A stretch of 34,179 nt of DNA from Gaiellaceae bacterium (GTDB taxonomy: Bacteria > Actinomycetota > Thermoleophilia > Gaiellales > Gaiellaceae). Numbering within the stretch: position 1 is the first letter of the stretch; each line of letters opens with the position of its first letter. The DNA lies in assembly GCA_035264445.1 (NCBI GenBank), contig DATFQE010000283.1:1-34179 (forward strand), read 5' to 3'. Position numbers and translations under genes: made by a program. The notes below the pieces were generated by a model that searched no databases, had not been told where the DNA came from, and saw only the letters and a list, made by a program, of their open reading frames with translations. This document shows positions 32,192 to 34,179 of the stretch, piece after piece.

Positions 32192-34179
32192 TTACTCGTC
32201 GCCGCCCAGGTCGACGAGCGTCTGGATCAATGCCGCCACGCCGGGGCCGATGACGACGTCGTCGCCGCCGTCGAGCGTGTTGATCGCGAGCAGGTCGTTC
32301 GCAAGCTCTGGGTGGCTGATTCCGATTGTGGTGAAGAGGCCGGTGACGTCGACGACACCGCCGTTTGCGGCCACCGCGATGTTGTCGGGGCCGTTGGTGC
32401 CGTTGACGGTGATCGTGTCGGCAGCCGCGTCGCCCGCTCCGCCGCCGATCGCGCCGGCCAGGTCGATGTTGACCTTCGTTACGTCCGTGCCGGTCAGGTC
32501 GTTGAGGTCGGCAGTGTCTTTGCCGCCCAGCACCCGGAGATCGACGGTCTCCGTGCCGTCGACGTCCATGACGATGTTGCCGAGATCGCGGGTGAAGCGG
32601 AGCCGTCCGGCGACGGCCGAGGCCTCGAAGGCCTCGTCGCCGGCGGCGCCGATGAACTCCATCGTGTCGTTGCCGGCCTGACCCTCGACCAGGTCGTTGG
32701 CGTCGCCGGGGTTCCACACGAGCGTGTCGTTTCCGGCGCCGCCGAACATGGAGTCGTTCCCCTGCTGACCGGCGATCCGGTCGTTGCCGTCGCCGCCGGT
32801 GAGGACGTCGGCCTCGGTGCCGCCGTTGATGACGAGCTGGATCAGTGCCGCGAGGCCGGGCCCGGCGGTGATCGTGTCTGCGCCGCCGAGGCCGTTGACG
32901 GTCAGCTTGTCGTTGGCGGCCTCCGAGTGCTCGATCTGGACTGCGGGTGAAGTCCCGATCACTTCCACGACGCCCTCGAATGCGTCGATCTGGATGTCGT
33001 CTGGGCCGTTCGTGCCGTTGACCGTGACCGAGTCGGCCGCGCCGTCGCCCACGCCGCCGCCGATCGCAGGCTCGAGGTCGAACGCGACGGACTTGAGCCT
33101 GGTCCCGCTGGTGTCGTTCAGGACCGCGTTGTCGTTACCGCCGAGCGCTTGGACGTCGATGAACTCGATGTCGTTCAGGTCCATCGTGATGTTGGCGACA
33201 TCGCGGAAGAACTTGACGCGCTCGCCGTTGGCCGAGACGTCGAAGTCCTCGGCCGCACTGGCCCCGTTGAAGAGCAGCGTGTCGGCGCCGTCGGCGCCGT
33301 CTTGGCCCTCGACGACGTCGCTGCCGTCGCCGGGATCCCAGATGAACGTGTCGTCGCCGGCTCCGAGGAGACCGGTGTCGTTGCCGCGGTTGCCGTCGAT
33401 CGCGTCGTCACCGTCGCCGCCGACGAGCACCTCGGCACCGTCGCCGCCGTTGATCGTGTCGTCCCCGGCACCGCCGTCGATCCCGAGCTTGATCAGGGCT
33501 GCGAGCCCGACCGCGCCGGAGACCGTGTCGTTGCCGCCGAGCCCCTTGACGTTCAGCAGGTCGTTCGCTGCCTCCGAGCCCGTGATCTTGACGGCTGCGG
33601 CCAGCCCGGTCACGTCGACCGCACCCGTGTTGGGCGTGATCGCGACCGTGTCGTTGCCGCCGGTGCCGTTGACCGTGGTCGTGTCGACCGCCGCGTCGGT
33701 GGCGAGGTCGAGCACGATGTTCTTGACGTCCGTTGCGGACAGGTCGTTCACGACTGTGCTGTCGATGCCGCCGAGCGCGCGGAGATCGACTCGCTCGGTG
33801 TCGTCGACGTCCATCGTGATGTTGGCGACGTTGCGGAAGAACTTCAGGCGGTTGCCGTTGGCGGAGAAGTCGAAGCTCTCCGCGACACCGGCGCCGTTGA
33901 AGAGCATCGTGTCGGCGCCGTCCTGACCTTCGACGACGTCGCTGCCGTCCCCCGGATCCCAGACGAAGGTGTCATCGCCGGAGCCCATCAGCGCCACGTC
34001 GGCGCCTCCGTTTCCGTCGATCGCGTCGTTCTCGCTCCCGCCGCGTAGCGTGTCGTTGCCGTCGCCGCCGTTGATCGCGTCGTTGCCCGCTCCGCCGTCC
34101 AGCGTCAGCTGCGTGAGTGCGGCGAGCCCGATGGCTCCGTTGAGCGTGTCGTTGCCGGCAAGAGACTCGACGGCCAGCG
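32192..34179 (-). CDS. Large calcium-binding hemolysin-type (RTX-like) repeat protein; the N-terminus lies outside the window
   Basis: The frame is open to the window edge. Upstream of the track's GVG start at 33997 it still reads LAGNDTLNG...GGAGNDAINGGDGNDTLRGGSENDAIDGNGGAD. Numerous GGxGxD nonapeptide-like motifs occur, and a module of about 207 aa is repeated at least three times (GDDTFVWDPGDGSDVVEGQDGAD / GDDTFIWDPGDGSDVVEGQDGAD / GNDTLVWNPGDANDLVEGQAGND). Confidence 0.85.
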   Translation of the reverse strand, partial: LAVESLAGNDTLNGAIGLAALTQLTLDGGAGNDAINGGDGNDTLRGGSENDAIDGNGGADVALMGSGDDTFVWDPGDGSDVVEGQDGADTMLFNGAGVAESFDFSANGNRLKFFRNVANITMDVDDTERVDLRALGGIDSTVVNDLSATDVKNIVLDLATDAAVDTTTVNGTGGNDTVAITPNTGAVDVTGLAAAVKITGSEAANDLLNVKGLGGNDTVSGAVGLAALIKLGIDGGAGDDTINGGDGAEVLVGGDGDDAIDGNRGNDTGLLGAGDDTFIWDPGDGSDVVEGQDGADGADTLLFNGASAAEDFDVSANGERVKFFRDVANITMDLNDIEFIDVQALGGNDNAVLNDTSGTRLKSVAFDLEPAIGGGVGDGAADSVTVNGTNGPDDIQIDAFEGVVEVIGTSPAVQIEHSEAANDKLTVNGLGGADTITAGPGLAALIQLVINGGTEADVLTGGDGNDRIAGQQGNDSMFGGAGNDTLVWNPGDANDLVEGQAGNDTMEFIGAAGDEAFEASAVAGRLRFTRDLGNIVMDVDGTETVDLRVLGGKDTADLNDLTGTDVTKVNIDLAGAIGGGAGDAAADTITVNGTNGPDNIAVAANGGVVDVTGLFTTIGISHPELANDLLAINTLDGGDDVVIGPGVAALIQTLVDLGGDE

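Overview
High-GC (about 70%) bacterial chromosome segment, probably Actinomycetota (an inference from codon usage and gene content). It starts in the 3' end of groEL and ends inside a large RTX-like calcium-binding repeat protein gene. In between are five recognisable gene modules: (i) an RNR-R2-like diiron protein plus a small ORF; (ii) a LacI-controlled island with three Gfo/Idh/MocA dehydrogenases, a DegT-type aminotransferase, a TIM-barrel isomerase and a PotABCD-type ABC importer; (iii) a GNAT, a zinc-ribbon/class III cyclase/STAND-ATPase/TPR giant, an acidic tandem-repeat peptide and a SagB-like dehydrogenase; (iv) an MFS / CitE-like lyase / family III CoA-transferase / FbpABC-type importer operon with a divergent CitA/CitB-type two-component system; (v) a Trp-rich small ORF plus the RTX-like protein. 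The most unusual signal is non-coding. Five same-orientation copies (about 1005, 3042, 14783, 20803, 31522) of a composite repeat sit at the boundaries of these modules. The repeat is built around the 3' half of a tRNA-Gly(GCC) gene and is flanked by GGGGACAA direct repeats and a conserved hairpin. I recognised no integrase, transposase or intact tRNA in the window. The second lead is the 17-aa acidic tandem-repeat ORF directly upstream of the SagB-like dehydrogenase with no YcaO partner. Its repeat array continues past its own stop codon in the dehydrogenase frame. No rRNA, bona fide tRNA or CRISPR array was seen. Many long ORFs in the supplied track are alternative-frame or antisense artefacts typical of high-GC DNA.
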